Below, piece by piece: positions 18,287 through 27,702 of a stretch of 49,891 nucleotides of DNA (position 1 is its first letter; each line of letters starts with the position of its first letter). The stretch comes from Candidatus Hodarchaeota archaeon (GTDB lineage Archaea; Asgardarchaeota; Heimdallarchaeia; Hodarchaeales; Hodarchaeaceae): the NCBI GenBank assembly GCA_030589605.1, contig JAUUVJ010000001.1, forward strand, positions 1 to 49,891, read 5' to 3'. Both the position numbers and the translations under genes were made by a program. The notes beneath the pieces were generated by a model, which saw nothing but the letters and a program-made list of their open reading frames with translations, ran no database searches and had not been told where the DNA came from.

Positions 18287-18448
18287 AATGACTACATATT
18301 TAAAGCCATACAGCGCGATAGAGGGTAAGCACTCTAAATAGTGTACAAGATCAAGTGCTGTTGGGTCGTCATATTGTTTAGGATCATCAATTTAAGAACA
18401 GGCATAATAAAAACATATGACTGGTTTAAAGACAAAAAAATCTAAACG

Positions 18449-19057
18449 ATGTATGTTTTCTTGGGATCGGAAAATTATATGACGACTGATTATTTTGATG
18501 TTATTGCCGAAGATTACGATTACTGGAAAAATCGTAACAGAAGATATTATACTATCTTGAAAAGAATATTATCACAAAAAATTTCTTCAAAATGGAGCGT
18601 TTTAGATTTTGGATGTGGAACAGGCGATCTGCTTGCGCATTTGTCTCCTAAAGATGGCATAGGTTATGATCCTTCCTCGGAAATGGTTGAACTATGTCGT
18701 CATAAATACCCCTCCCTCCAATGGAGTAACAATATACCGCATAAGAAATTTGATGCGGTTTATTCAGTCGATGTGCTAGAACATGTGAGAAATTTGGATA
18801 TATATATCCAAGAGATGAAAAGTTGCCTAAAACCTAATGGAACGCTGATTCTAATTTTTGCTAATCCTTATTGGGAACCTTTACTAATTCTTCTTGAGAA
18901 ACTCAAACTGAAAATGCCCGAAGGACCTCACATCCGATTATCTAATAAAACAGTTAAGCAACATCTTGAAAGAAATGGGATGCAAGTATCACACATAGAT
19001 TATGAAATGCCTGCTATTAAAAAACTCGGGTTAATTGAAATCTGGACAATTTATTGA
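18449..19057 (+). CDS. Class I SAM-dependent methyltransferase
   Basis: Motif I is VLDFGCGTGDL. Downstream are FDAVYSVDVLEHV and LKPNGTLI. The likely start is ATG 18476. Confidence 0.8.
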   Translation: MYVFLGSENYMTTDYFDVIAEDYDYWKNRNRRYYTILKRILSQKISSKWSVLDFGCGTGDLLAHLSPKDGIGYDPSSEMVELCRHKYPSLQWSNNIPHKKFDAVYSVDVLEHVRNLDIYIQEMKSCLKPNGTLILIFANPYWEPLLILLEKLKLKMPEGPHIRLSNKTVKQHLERNGMQVSHIDYEMPAIKKLGLIEIWTIY

Positions 19058-19171
19058 ATAATTGATTTTATTAATTCTGATTTCTCAATAGATTTATTAA
19101 AAAAATTCTCAAAAAGCAAAAGTTGGTTGATTTAACAAGACATTTTATGATTCTTATAAGGAGATTATTTA

Positions 19172-19891
19172 TTGGAGACAAAATCACATTCAGGACAGTT
19201 CAAAAGGAAAACACCGCAAAGTATTTCCATAATCATCCCAACTTTAAATGAAGAGGGTACAATTTTTCAGATAATTACTGCATGTAGAACTTTAGCACTA
19301 AGAAAAGTGAAAGAAGTAGAAGTTCTTGTTATTGATGGAAATTCAACTGATAACACAATTTTGGAAGCAAAAAGAGCGAAGGCAAGAGTATTCAGGCAGA
19401 GAGGAAAAGGACTGGGGAATGCTGTAAGAGCTGGAGTCCAACTTGTACAGAAGGATGCCATCCTTTTTTTCGGAGCAGATGGCAATCAACACCCAAAGGA
19501 AGTTGAATTATTAATTGATGGCCTTACTAACGAAGTAGATCTCGTTGTAGGATCGCGTTATAAGGGAACGTATCAAACTCCTGCCCCTTGGAGAAAGTTA
19601 GGCAATACAATGTTTAATCTCATTGCGAGGTTATTATTTGGATTACCGACAAGTGATGGACTCAATGGTGTAAAGTTTATTAGGACAAATTTAGCTCAAT
19701 CTCTTAATTTACAACATGATGGTATATCTATAGATATAGAAATATGCATAAAAGTCCATCGATCAGGAGGAAAAATAATAGAGGTACCGAGCTTTTTTTA
19801 TACTCGAAATTATGGTGTTTCAAAAGTTTCACCATTAAAAACTGGGATTATAATACTTGCATTAATGACAAAGCTGTTCTTGGTGGGATAA
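19172..19891 (+). CDS. GT2 glycosyltransferase, polyprenyl-phosphate sugar synthase type
   Basis: Motifs ISIIIPTLNEE, VIDGNSTDNT, FFGADGNQHP and GSRYKG are present. The start codon is TTG and is preceded by AAGGAG. Confidence 0.8.
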   Translation: METKSHSGQFKRKTPQSISIIIPTLNEEGTIFQIITACRTLALRKVKEVEVLVIDGNSTDNTILEAKRAKARVFRQRGKGLGNAVRAGVQLVQKDAILFFGADGNQHPKEVELLIDGLTNEVDLVVGSRYKGTYQTPAPWRKLGNTMFNLIARLLFGLPTSDGLNGVKFIRTNLAQSLNLQHDGISIDIEICIKVHRSGGKIIEVPSFFYTRNYGVSKVSPLKTGIIILALMTKLFLVG

Positions 19892-19924
19892 TCCTAAAAT
19901 TTCTGAATATTTTTACATTCTACC

Positions 19925-20866
19925 GTGTTCATAATGAGTAGTACCTATAATATCTCCAGATTAACTCTTGGTACAGCCCAGCTCGGATTCAATTACGGAA
20001 TTGCAAATAAAGAGGGCACTCTTGATGATATTCGTGCCAATGAAATTCTCAGGACATCCTTCGAGAATAGTATTACTTGTTTTGATACAGCACCCCAGTA
20101 TGGTGAAAGTGAACGAATAATAGGAGATTTTTTTTCTCCAATTGATAAATCTAAAATAACTGTAGTTACAAAACTTCCAGGAGTTGTTACCCCTGCTAAG
20201 CTCACTTATAATGCTTTATATAAGCAGATAAAAAATCAAGTCTTATCCTCTTTAAAACGCTTAAGAATAGACAAAATTCAAATCTACTTATTACACCAAC
20301 CTTCAGATATGACAGCTTTAAATGGTCAAGTGATTGATGTTTTATTAGAGTTGAGGGATGAGGGGTTTGTGGAATCAATAGGAATTTCCGTTTATACCCC
20401 AGAAGAAGTACAAACTGCACTTGATATAGAGGAATTGAACGCCATCCAACTACCATTCAATATTTTCGATTTACGGTTATTAGAGTCAGATCTCCTTAAT
20501 GAGCTTAAAAAAACTAGTTTTACGATTTTTGCGAGAAGTATTTTTCTTCAAGGAATGTTTTTCTTGGATTTCAACAATCTACCAAATGGATTAGAAATTG
20601 CAGAAAAACCTTTGAAGTTGCTTCACGATATCTCTTTAAGTGAACGCTTTTCCATTAAGGAATTGGCTCTTCTATTTGTGAGAGATCAACCAGGAATAAC
20701 TAGTCAGGTAGTAGGTGCTGAAACACCTACTCAGGTATTAGAAAATCTAAAAATAATTACAGAAAACGATTCTTTATCATCGAATTTGAGAAATGAAATT
20801 ATGAATTCCTTTTCAGAAATGCCAGAGAGTTTAATAGATCCAAGATTATGGAAAATTACTAAATAA
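19925..20866 (+). CDS. Aldo/keto reductase family oxidoreductase
   Basis: Motifs LGTAQLGFNYG, FDTAPQYGESE and LHQPS are typical AKR active-site and fold blocks. Confidence 0.8.
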   Translation: MFIMSSTYNISRLTLGTAQLGFNYGIANKEGTLDDIRANEILRTSFENSITCFDTAPQYGESERIIGDFFSPIDKSKITVVTKLPGVVTPAKLTYNALYKQIKNQVLSSLKRLRIDKIQIYLLHQPSDMTALNGQVIDVLLELRDEGFVESIGISVYTPEEVQTALDIEELNAIQLPFNIFDLRLLESDLLNELKKTSFTIFARSIFLQGMFFLDFNNLPNGLEIAEKPLKLLHDISLSERFSIKELALLFVRDQPGITSQVVGAETPTQVLENLKIITENDSLSSNLRNEIMNSFSEMPESLIDPRLWKITK

Positions 20867-20885
20867 TTGAATGTCGAAATATGAC

Positions 20886-22199
20886 TCATGTAAGCCTTTT
20901 AAATCCGCTATGGGCTACTGGGCCTTCTAGGAGTTTATGAACATTATTTTTCTCAATATTTTCTGAAAGTCCTCCAAATACCTGATCAACCACCTCAAAA
21001 TATTTTTCGACAACTTCTTGAGTATGTTTCCATGAAACGTAGACACCACTATAAGCCAAATAATCGTGTTTCAGCATTTCTTGTGTAAATAATGTTCGTA
21101 CGGCTAAGCTTTCTTCACCATAGTCGAAATCTATGTGTGGAAGAGGTGGAATCCCAGAGATATGACATTTCAAATTGTTTTCGTTTGCCAGCTTGGCCCA
21201 TTCATCTTTTATTAGTTGACCAATTCGAATTAAGTGTGATGGAACATCCTCATCCTGCATTTTGTTAATTGTTGCTAGTGAGGCTGCTGGACCAATTCGC
21301 TCTGTCCAATATGTACTACTGATGAAGCTTTCTTGTGCGTGATCCATAATCTCACCTTTACATACGAATGCAGCCATAGGATATCCATTACTCATAGCTT
21401 TGGCATACACAGCAATATCGGGTTCGATACCTAATGTTTGGTGTGCACCACCAACATTTAATCGCCAGCCCACCGAAACTTCATCAATAATTAGTACAAT
21501 ATCATTTTCATTGGCAATCTGTTGAACTTTTTCAAGGAAATTATCTTTGGGAACATGGCTTCGAATTGGTTCCATGATTATGGTACCAACATCGTTTTTC
21601 TCGATGATAGTCTCAAGTTCTGGTATTTTATTGTAAGTAAAAGGTAAAGCTGTTCCTTTTAGAGCGAGAGGTACACCACTTGGATGGAGTCCAGGGATTA
21701 GGTGACCGTCTAGACTTCTTTCATTAGCTAAATTTGCAGCCAAATACCAATCGGACCAACCGTGATAACCACAGAATGCCACTGTATCTATTTTACTGTA
21801 TGCACGGGCAATTCTTATTGCTATTGCTAGCGCTTCTCCACCTGAGCGCGCATATCGCACCATTTCAGCCCAAGAATCTAATTTTAGTAGTAATTCGGCC
21901 AATTCGACTTCTTCAGGACAATTGAGAGTTGAAATTGTCCCTAAATCGACAACGTTCTTTACTGCTTGGTTTACATCCTCATCTGCATATCCTAAATTAC
22001 AGGTTCCGATCCCCATAGTACTCAAATCAATGAAATGATTATTATCTAAATCCCAAACATCAATACCCTTAGCTCTTTTAAAATATGAAGGCCATTGGTC
22101 AGGTAAGAACATTTCAGACCTTTTGGATAATAGTTGAGATCCTCCTGGTATTATCTTTTTTGCTTTGTTCCACAGATTTGGGCCTGTTTGGTTTTTCAT
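20886..22199 (-). CDS. Class III PLP aminotransferase (glutamate-1-semialdehyde aminomutase-like)
   Basis: Motifs IPGGSQLLSKR, SGGEALAIAIRIAR, IIDEVSVGWR and YAKAMSNGYP (lysine block) are present. Confidence 0.8.
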   Translation of the reverse strand: MKNQTGPNLWNKAKKIIPGGSQLLSKRSEMFLPDQWPSYFKRAKGIDVWDLDNNHFIDLSTMGIGTCNLGYADEDVNQAVKNVVDLGTISTLNCPEEVELAELLLKLDSWAEMVRYARSGGEALAIAIRIARAYSKIDTVAFCGYHGWSDWYLAANLANERSLDGHLIPGLHPSGVPLALKGTALPFTYNKIPELETIIEKNDVGTIIMEPIRSHVPKDNFLEKVQQIANENDIVLIIDEVSVGWRLNVGGAHQTLGIEPDIAVYAKAMSNGYPMAAFVCKGEIMDHAQESFISSTYWTERIGPAASLATINKMQDEDVPSHLIRIGQLIKDEWAKLANENNLKCHISGIPPLPHIDFDYGEESLAVRTLFTQEMLKHDYLAYSGVYVSWKHTQEVVEKYFEVVDQVFGGLSENIEKNNVHKLLEGPVAHSGFKRLT

Positions 22200-22267
22200 A
22201 AATATTCCTTCTTCAAATTTGCGTAAAGGGGATTCTAGAAAGGATCTTTAAATATTTTCCAGTATAA

Positions 22268-23329
22268 CTATGAGTTTGAGAACACATCATTCTTCTTCAG
22301 CAATAGTGCAAGCTCATTTTTCGATAAAGGAGTTGTAAACCGAGAATTGTAGCTTTTGGTTTGAATTTTCCCAATATTTTTTATAATTTCATTATTGTAA
22401 CTCAATAGTAGCTCTTCTATATGTGGCAGTACGACATACATATCGGCCAGCTCTATTGTTCGAGAGAGTTCTTCCTCTGTTATCAACTCTTCGAAAGATT
22501 TCTCTCCTGGAAAAAGCCCTACCGTTTCAATCTTTGGAGATATCCCAAATTTCATCCAAGCGTATTCACTAAAAAGATCTACTAGATCTCTTAACACTAT
22601 GCTAGGCATCTTAAAGACAAAAATCTCTCCTCCTATTGAAAGAGTTATTGCTTTTATAGTTAGATTTATTATATCCTGTAATGGCATCATAAAACGTGTG
22701 ACATCAGGGTCAGTCAAAATAAGGTCTAATCCCTTTTCTACCCTTTTAGTGAATCGTGGAATGATAGAACCTCTTGAATCTTGGACATTTCCAAATCTAA
22801 CACAAGAAAACCTAGTTCTTTTTATTCCTCTAACATAATTAGCAGCAACTATTAGCTTTTCCCCGAGTAGTTTCGATGCTCCCATAGTGCTGGTTGGATT
22901 TACTGCTTTATCACTACTAGTATATATCACTCTTTTGACGTTATTGTGCAGCGCAGCTTCAATAACATTTTCTGTTCCTGTAATATTAGTTCGAATGAGT
23001 TCTCGAGGATTGTACTCTCCTATAGCGACATCATTGAGAGCAGCACAATGAAATACAAAATCTGCTCCTTCAAAGGCCCGAATTAACCTGTTTTTTTCTC
23101 TGATATTTCCAAGCAAAAATCTTAGTGCTTCAGCATTTGGATCTCCATCCATTTCATCCTTGAATTCAGTTAGAGCAGTGTCATCTACATCAAGAAGACG
23201 TAAAACGTTAGGTTGGTACTCCAATAATGCTTTTGTTAATTTTTTTCCAATAGTTCCACAAGCACCAGTAATTACTATCGTCTTTGATTCAAAAAATTTT
23301 CGAATGTTGTCTTCAGCAAATTCATACAT
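22268..23329 (-). CDS. pseB: UDP-GlcNAc 4,6-dehydratase (inverting), PseB/FlaA1/CapD-like
   Basis: Motifs ITGACGTIGK, FHCAAL and YTSSDKAVNPTSTMGASKLLGEK are present. It lies in an operon with pseC. Confidence 0.75.
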   Translation of the reverse strand: MYEFAEDNIRKFFESKTIVITGACGTIGKKLTKALLEYQPNVLRLLDVDDTALTEFKDEMDGDPNAEALRFLLGNIREKNRLIRAFEGADFVFHCAALNDVAIGEYNPRELIRTNITGTENVIEAALHNNVKRVIYTSSDKAVNPTSTMGASKLLGEKLIVAANYVRGIKRTRFSCVRFGNVQDSRGSIIPRFTKRVEKGLDLILTDPDVTRFMMPLQDIINLTIKAITLSIGGEIFVFKMPSIVLRDLVDLFSEYAWMKFGISPKIETVGLFPGEKSFEELITEEELSRTIELADMYVVLPHIEELLLSYNNEIIKNIGKIQTKSYNSRFTTPLSKNELALLLKKNDVFSNS

Positions 23330-23453
23330 AATATTACCAACCTTTAGTTGATATAAGAGTGTTAAAGTGGTTTAGAACTATCTTAAAGGATTAATAATAA
23401 CTTAACACAACAAGAGTAAGGGTATAAAACGAGTTAGGATGTCAGATTTATCT

Positions 23454-24593
23454 TTATTTAAGAACAGCGAATATTTTTTCTATTACTAATTCGATCTCAT
23501 CATCAGTCATTAGTGGATATAATGGAATGGTTATTTCATGATTGTAGAAATCTTCAGCAAAAGGAAAATCACCTTGTTTTAAGCCAAATTTGTTCTTATA
23601 GAAGGGATGCAAATGGATAGGAATATAATGAACTTGGCATATAATTCCCTCTTGTTTCAATTTATTGAAAACCATTTTCCGATCGTGTTTATAGATTAAG
23701 AGAGGGTAGATGTGGTAAGCATGAAGAGAATTTGGGTAAGGAGGATGAGGGGGGATTTTTAAATTGGGTATGTCTCGAAAAGCTTGATCATATTTTTTCG
23801 CAATCTCTCCTCGACGTGTAATAAATGTATCTAGTTTTTTTAATTGAGAAAGGCCCAATGCGCTCTGAATATCAGTAATCCTATAGTTATAACCCAAGTA
23901 CTGCATTTCGTAATACCAAGATCCTTCATTCTCAATTGTAAGTCTTTTTGGATCCTTGGTGATTCCATGGCTTCTGAAAATTTTCAGTTTTTCATAATAA
24001 TCGAGATTATTAGTTACTATGATTCCACCCTCACCAGTTGTTATATGTTTTACAGGATGAAAACTAAACATGGTCATATCAGCTTCGAGACCGACCATCT
24101 TACCATATCGTTTCGCGCCTATTGCATGAGCTGCATCTTCAATTATTATCAAGTTATTATCATCAGCAATCTCACGAAGTTGTTTTAAATCAACTGGATA
24201 GCCCGCATAATCAACAGGAACAATAGTCTTAGTTTCTTCTGTGATTGCGGATTCAATGACCCCCAAATCAATGCAATAAGTATCTATATCAATATCAACA
24301 AATATTGGTTTTCCTCCAAGGTAAATTAGCGAATTAGAGGTGGCTACAAAAGATATAGGTGATGTAATTAAAGCATCATGCTTTGATAGACCAGCAGCAA
24401 ACATGGCACCATGAAGAGCGGCTGTTCCACTATTGAAAGCTACAGCATATCGAATACCCACATAATTAGCAATTGCGTTTTCGAATTTATCAATAGCAGG
24501 CCCTTGGGTGATCCAATCCCCTCTTAAAACCTTAATTACAGCGTTAATGTCTTCCTCATCAATCCAATGTTTACCATATGGTATCTTCTTCAA
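23454..24593 (-). CDS. pseC: UDP-4-amino-4,6-dideoxy-N-acetyl-beta-L-altrosamine transaminase (DegT family)
   Basis: The N-terminus is IPYGKHWIDEEDINAVIKVLRGDWITQGP, and the lysine motif is SFHPVKHITTGEGG. Confidence 0.8.
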   Translation of the reverse strand: MKKIPYGKHWIDEEDINAVIKVLRGDWITQGPAIDKFENAIANYVGIRYAVAFNSGTAALHGAMFAAGLSKHDALITSPISFVATSNSLIYLGGKPIFVDIDIDTYCIDLGVIESAITEETKTIVPVDYAGYPVDLKQLREIADDNNLIIIEDAAHAIGAKRYGKMVGLEADMTMFSFHPVKHITTGEGGIIVTNNLDYYEKLKIFRSHGITKDPKRLTIENEGSWYYEMQYLGYNYRITDIQSALGLSQLKKLDTFITRRGEIAKKYDQAFRDIPNLKIPPHPPYPNSLHAYHIYPLLIYKHDRKMVFNKLKQEGIICQVHYIPIHLHPFYKNKFGLKQGDFPFAEDFYNHEITIPLYPLMTDDEIELVIEKIFAVLK

Positions 24594-24606
24594 TGTACTT
24601 CTACAC

Positions 24607-25563
24607 CTATAAATTTAAATTATTCATGATCCAGATCTTTGTCTTTTCTAGCCCTTCCTCCAAACTGTAATAAGGTTTCCAGTCTAGAAGGGTATTTGCC
24701 TTTGAAGAGTTACATTGAAGCTTCTTGATCTCCGATTGAGGGTGAATATGGGGTACATGTTTAATATATTGAGAATCTTTCACAATCATTTTAGCTAGAT
24801 TGTTAATGGAAATGTCATTACTAGTTCCTGCATTAATTATCTGCCCAAAAGCTTTTTTTGATTCACCCGCTCTAATAATAAAGTTAGCACAATCCTCAAC
24901 GTAGAGAAAATCTCTTGTTTGTGTACCATCTCCATATATAGTTACTGGTTTTTTGCTCAATGATTTTTCGATAAAAATAGCGATTACTCCTCCTTCACCA
25001 GTCGATTTTTGGTAAGGACCATATGTATTAAACGGTCTTAAAACTACAGTTGGTAAATTATAAGCGTGATAATATGAAAGAGTTAAAAACTCACCTGATA
25101 ATTTTGCAGCTGCATAAGGAGATGCTGGTTTAATCGGATGATTCTCTGTAATTCCGTTTTCATCAAAACACCTATCATAAACCATACAGCTAGATACAAA
25201 TACAAATTTGGTGTTGTTTTTCCGACACTCCTCCAAAACGTTGAATGTACCAACTACATCCCTTTGAAACGTCTCGGATGGATTATCAAGTGATTTTTGA
25301 ACATTTATTTCCGCAGCTAAATGATAAACAACATCATACTCATTGAAATTCATATTTTCCAAAAGGGTTTTGTTTCTAATATCCCCTTTTACAAATTTGA
25401 ACAGGGTATTTTCCATAAATTCTTTAATATTTTCCTCTCTTCCATTTGAAAGATCATCTAATGCAATAACATGAAAATTGTCCTCAAGGAGTTTGTTCAC
25501 AAGCCATCGACCAATAAAACCAGCACCACCAGTTACAAGAACTTGCAAATTGACATTCCTCAA
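24607..25563 (-). CDS. NAD-dependent nucleotide-sugar epimerase/dehydratase (extended SDR)
   Basis: Motifs VTGGAGFIGRW, the SPYAAAKLSGE catalytic YxxxK, and RPFNTYGPYQ are present. The substrate is not inferable. Confidence 0.8.
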   Translation of the reverse strand: MRNVNLQVLVTGGAGFIGRWLVNKLLEDNFHVIALDDLSNGREENIKEFMENTLFKFVKGDIRNKTLLENMNFNEYDVVYHLAAEINVQKSLDNPSETFQRDVVGTFNVLEECRKNNTKFVFVSSCMVYDRCFDENGITENHPIKPASPYAAAKLSGEFLTLSYYHAYNLPTVVLRPFNTYGPYQKSTGEGGVIAIFIEKSLSKKPVTIYGDGTQTRDFLYVEDCANFIIRAGESKKAFGQIINAGTSNDISINNLAKMIVKDSQYIKHVPHIHPQSEIKKLQCNSSKANTLLDWKPYYSLEEGLEKTKIWIMNNLNL

Positions 25564-25588
25564 ATGAATAACTTTTATTATGAAAAAA

Positions 25589-25615
25589 TTGAAGAAATAT
25601 CTCTTATTTCTTCAA
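25589..25615. promoter_or_regulatory. Perfect 11-bp inverted repeat TTGAAGAAATA-tctct-TATTTCTTCAA
   Basis: Read directly from the sequence. It lies 26 bp upstream of the start of the 24607-25563 gene, in a divergent intergenic region. Confidence 0.3.
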
Positions 25616-25784
25616 ATTGTGAGGTTAAAGAAGAGAAGTAAAAAGATTTCGATAATTTGGAAATAATGGTAGAGGAAAAAATCAGAAATTCACAGATCAA
25701 AATGACAAATGAACAAGAGAAATTTGCATTCCACTTTATCTTAATTTTAATAAATAAGATTTAAATTAAGCAAAGTATTGAAGT

Positions 25785-26555
25785 TTGAGAGGAATTATTG
25801 AAATGAAACAACAAGAAATGAAAGACAAAGTAGTTCTAGTAACTGGAAGTTCTAGAGGTGTTGGTGCAGCGTTAGCATTGGCCTTTGCCGATAAAGGAGC
25901 GAATGTCGTTGTCAACTACTCCCAAAGCCAACAATTAGCCGAAGAAATTGTAAAAAAGATTAGAAAGAAAAATGTTGAGGCTTTAATGATTAAAGCTGAT
26001 GTTGTTGAATATAGTCAAGTAAGCAAAATGGTTGAGGATGCTATAAGCACTTTTGGCAAAATTGATATTCTAGTGAATAATGCTGGTTATTATGAGGATA
26101 GCACCGTTTGGAAAATGTCTGATGAGACTTGGGATAAAGTAATTAACATCAATCTTAAGGGTACTTTCAATTGTACGAAAGCTGTAACCAATCACATGCG
26201 AAAACAGGAATATGGGAGAATAATTAACATTTCCTCGGTTGTAGGTCAAGTTGGTATTTTTGGTACATCGAATTATTCTGCATCAAAAGCTGGGATATTT
26301 GGTTTAACCAAATCCGTGGCAAAAGAGGTTGTAAGGAAAGGAATAACAGTAAATACTTTAGCATTGGGTTATTTTGATGGCGGTATGCTGAGAAGATTAC
26401 CTGAACAAGCTCAAGATATGATATTAAAACAAATTCCGATGGGTCGATTTGGTAAATTAGAGGAAGTCTGTGATATGGTATTATTCATTGCTTCTGAGAA
26501 AGCTAGTTATTTAACTGGTCAAATAATCCATTTGAATGGCGGATATTACATGTAG
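25785..26555 (+). CDS. Short-chain dehydrogenase/reductase, 3-oxoacyl-ACP reductase (FabG)-like
   Basis: Motifs VTGSSRGVGAA, NNAG and YSASKAG are present. The likely start is ATG 25803 (MKQQEMKDK). Confidence 0.85.
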   Translation: MRGIIEMKQQEMKDKVVLVTGSSRGVGAALALAFADKGANVVVNYSQSQQLAEEIVKKIRKKNVEALMIKADVVEYSQVSKMVEDAISTFGKIDILVNNAGYYEDSTVWKMSDETWDKVININLKGTFNCTKAVTNHMRKQEYGRIINISSVVGQVGIFGTSNYSASKAGIFGLTKSVAKEVVRKGITVNTLALGYFDGGMLRRLPEQAQDMILKQIPMGRFGKLEEVCDMVLFIASEKASYLTGQIIHLNGGYYM

Positions 26556-26797
26556 TGCAATATTAAAAAAGTGAGTAAGGATTATAGGGGTGAAAGGAAA
26601 ATAACAAGCTATCAGGACGATAGAATCAACACCCAATTAACAATATTGCATCAAATATCTACTAGTTTAAACAAGAGTTTTTAGATTAGAATCAAGAGAA
26701 AGGTTCGAGAAGTTTGTGTAATCGTTGATAGCATAAAAAAAGAGCGTGTGAGGATTTTTTAAACACTAGGACTTTGGAGTAATAGGAGAATAATATT

Positions 26798-27598
26798 ATG
26801 AGTAAAAAAATTGTAGCGATAATACAGGCACGGATAGGATCTACTAGACTTCCAGGAAAAGTCCTGAGGGAGATAATGGGAAGGCCCATGCTTTCATTTA
26901 TGTTAGAAAGGCTAAGTTTTTGTGATTTAATCGATGAAATAGTTATTGCAACAACAACTTCAGAACGTGATAAGCCAATTGTAGAATTCTGCTTGAAGAA
27001 CAATATTTCGTATTATCGAGGTAGTGAGAATGACGTTTTAGATAGATTTTACAACACAGCAGTAGAATCGGGTGCAAATATTATCCTCAGACTTACCGCT
27101 GATTGCCCATTAATTGATCCTCGTATAATTGATAAGATAATATCCCAATTCACAAAGAACAGTAATTTAGACTACATGAATACAGCACCCACCTATCCTG
27201 AGGGAGTCGATGCCGAGATTTTTACTTTTTTTGCATTGGAAAAAGCTTGGAATAATGCAAAGCTTAATACTGAACGTGAACATGTTACAGCACACATATG
27301 GTCAAATCCAAAGGAGTTTAATTTCACCTCTCTTCAATATTCCCGCGATCTGTCAAAATATAGATTTACTGTTGATGAACCTGAAGATTTTGAAGTTGTT
27401 AAATCGATTTTTGTCGCCCTATACAAAGAAAAAGGAATTTTTCACCTTGAAAATATTATTGATTATTTAGACTCTCATCCTGACGTATTCAAATTAAATC
27501 AAAATATTAAACGAAATGAAGGACTGTATAAGTCAATTGAAAAGGAACCGCAGGCTAATCTCATACTCGATGAGTATAAAAAAACCCATAAAGATTGA
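26798..27598 (+). CDS. Cytidylyltransferase of the SpsF/FlmC/acylneuraminate cytidylyltransferase family (candidate CMP-nonulosonate synthetase)
   Basis: Motifs AIIQARIGSTRLPGKVL and RLTADCPLIDP are present. Its position inside the pse cluster supports the role. Confidence 0.65.
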   Translation: MSKKIVAIIQARIGSTRLPGKVLREIMGRPMLSFMLERLSFCDLIDEIVIATTTSERDKPIVEFCLKNNISYYRGSENDVLDRFYNTAVESGANIILRLTADCPLIDPRIIDKIISQFTKNSNLDYMNTAPTYPEGVDAEIFTFFALEKAWNNAKLNTEREHVTAHIWSNPKEFNFTSLQYSRDLSKYRFTVDEPEDFEVVKSIFVALYKEKGIFHLENIIDYLDSHPDVFKLNQNIKRNEGLYKSIEKEPQANLILDEYKKTHKD

Positions 27599-27702
27599 GG
27601 TAGACAATAAAAAGGTAAGAACCTTTTCTTGGTGATAAAACACCCCCACAGTTTAGAGGGTGTAGAAGTATGAATAAACAGGTAAAAAACATAATATGAA
27701 AA

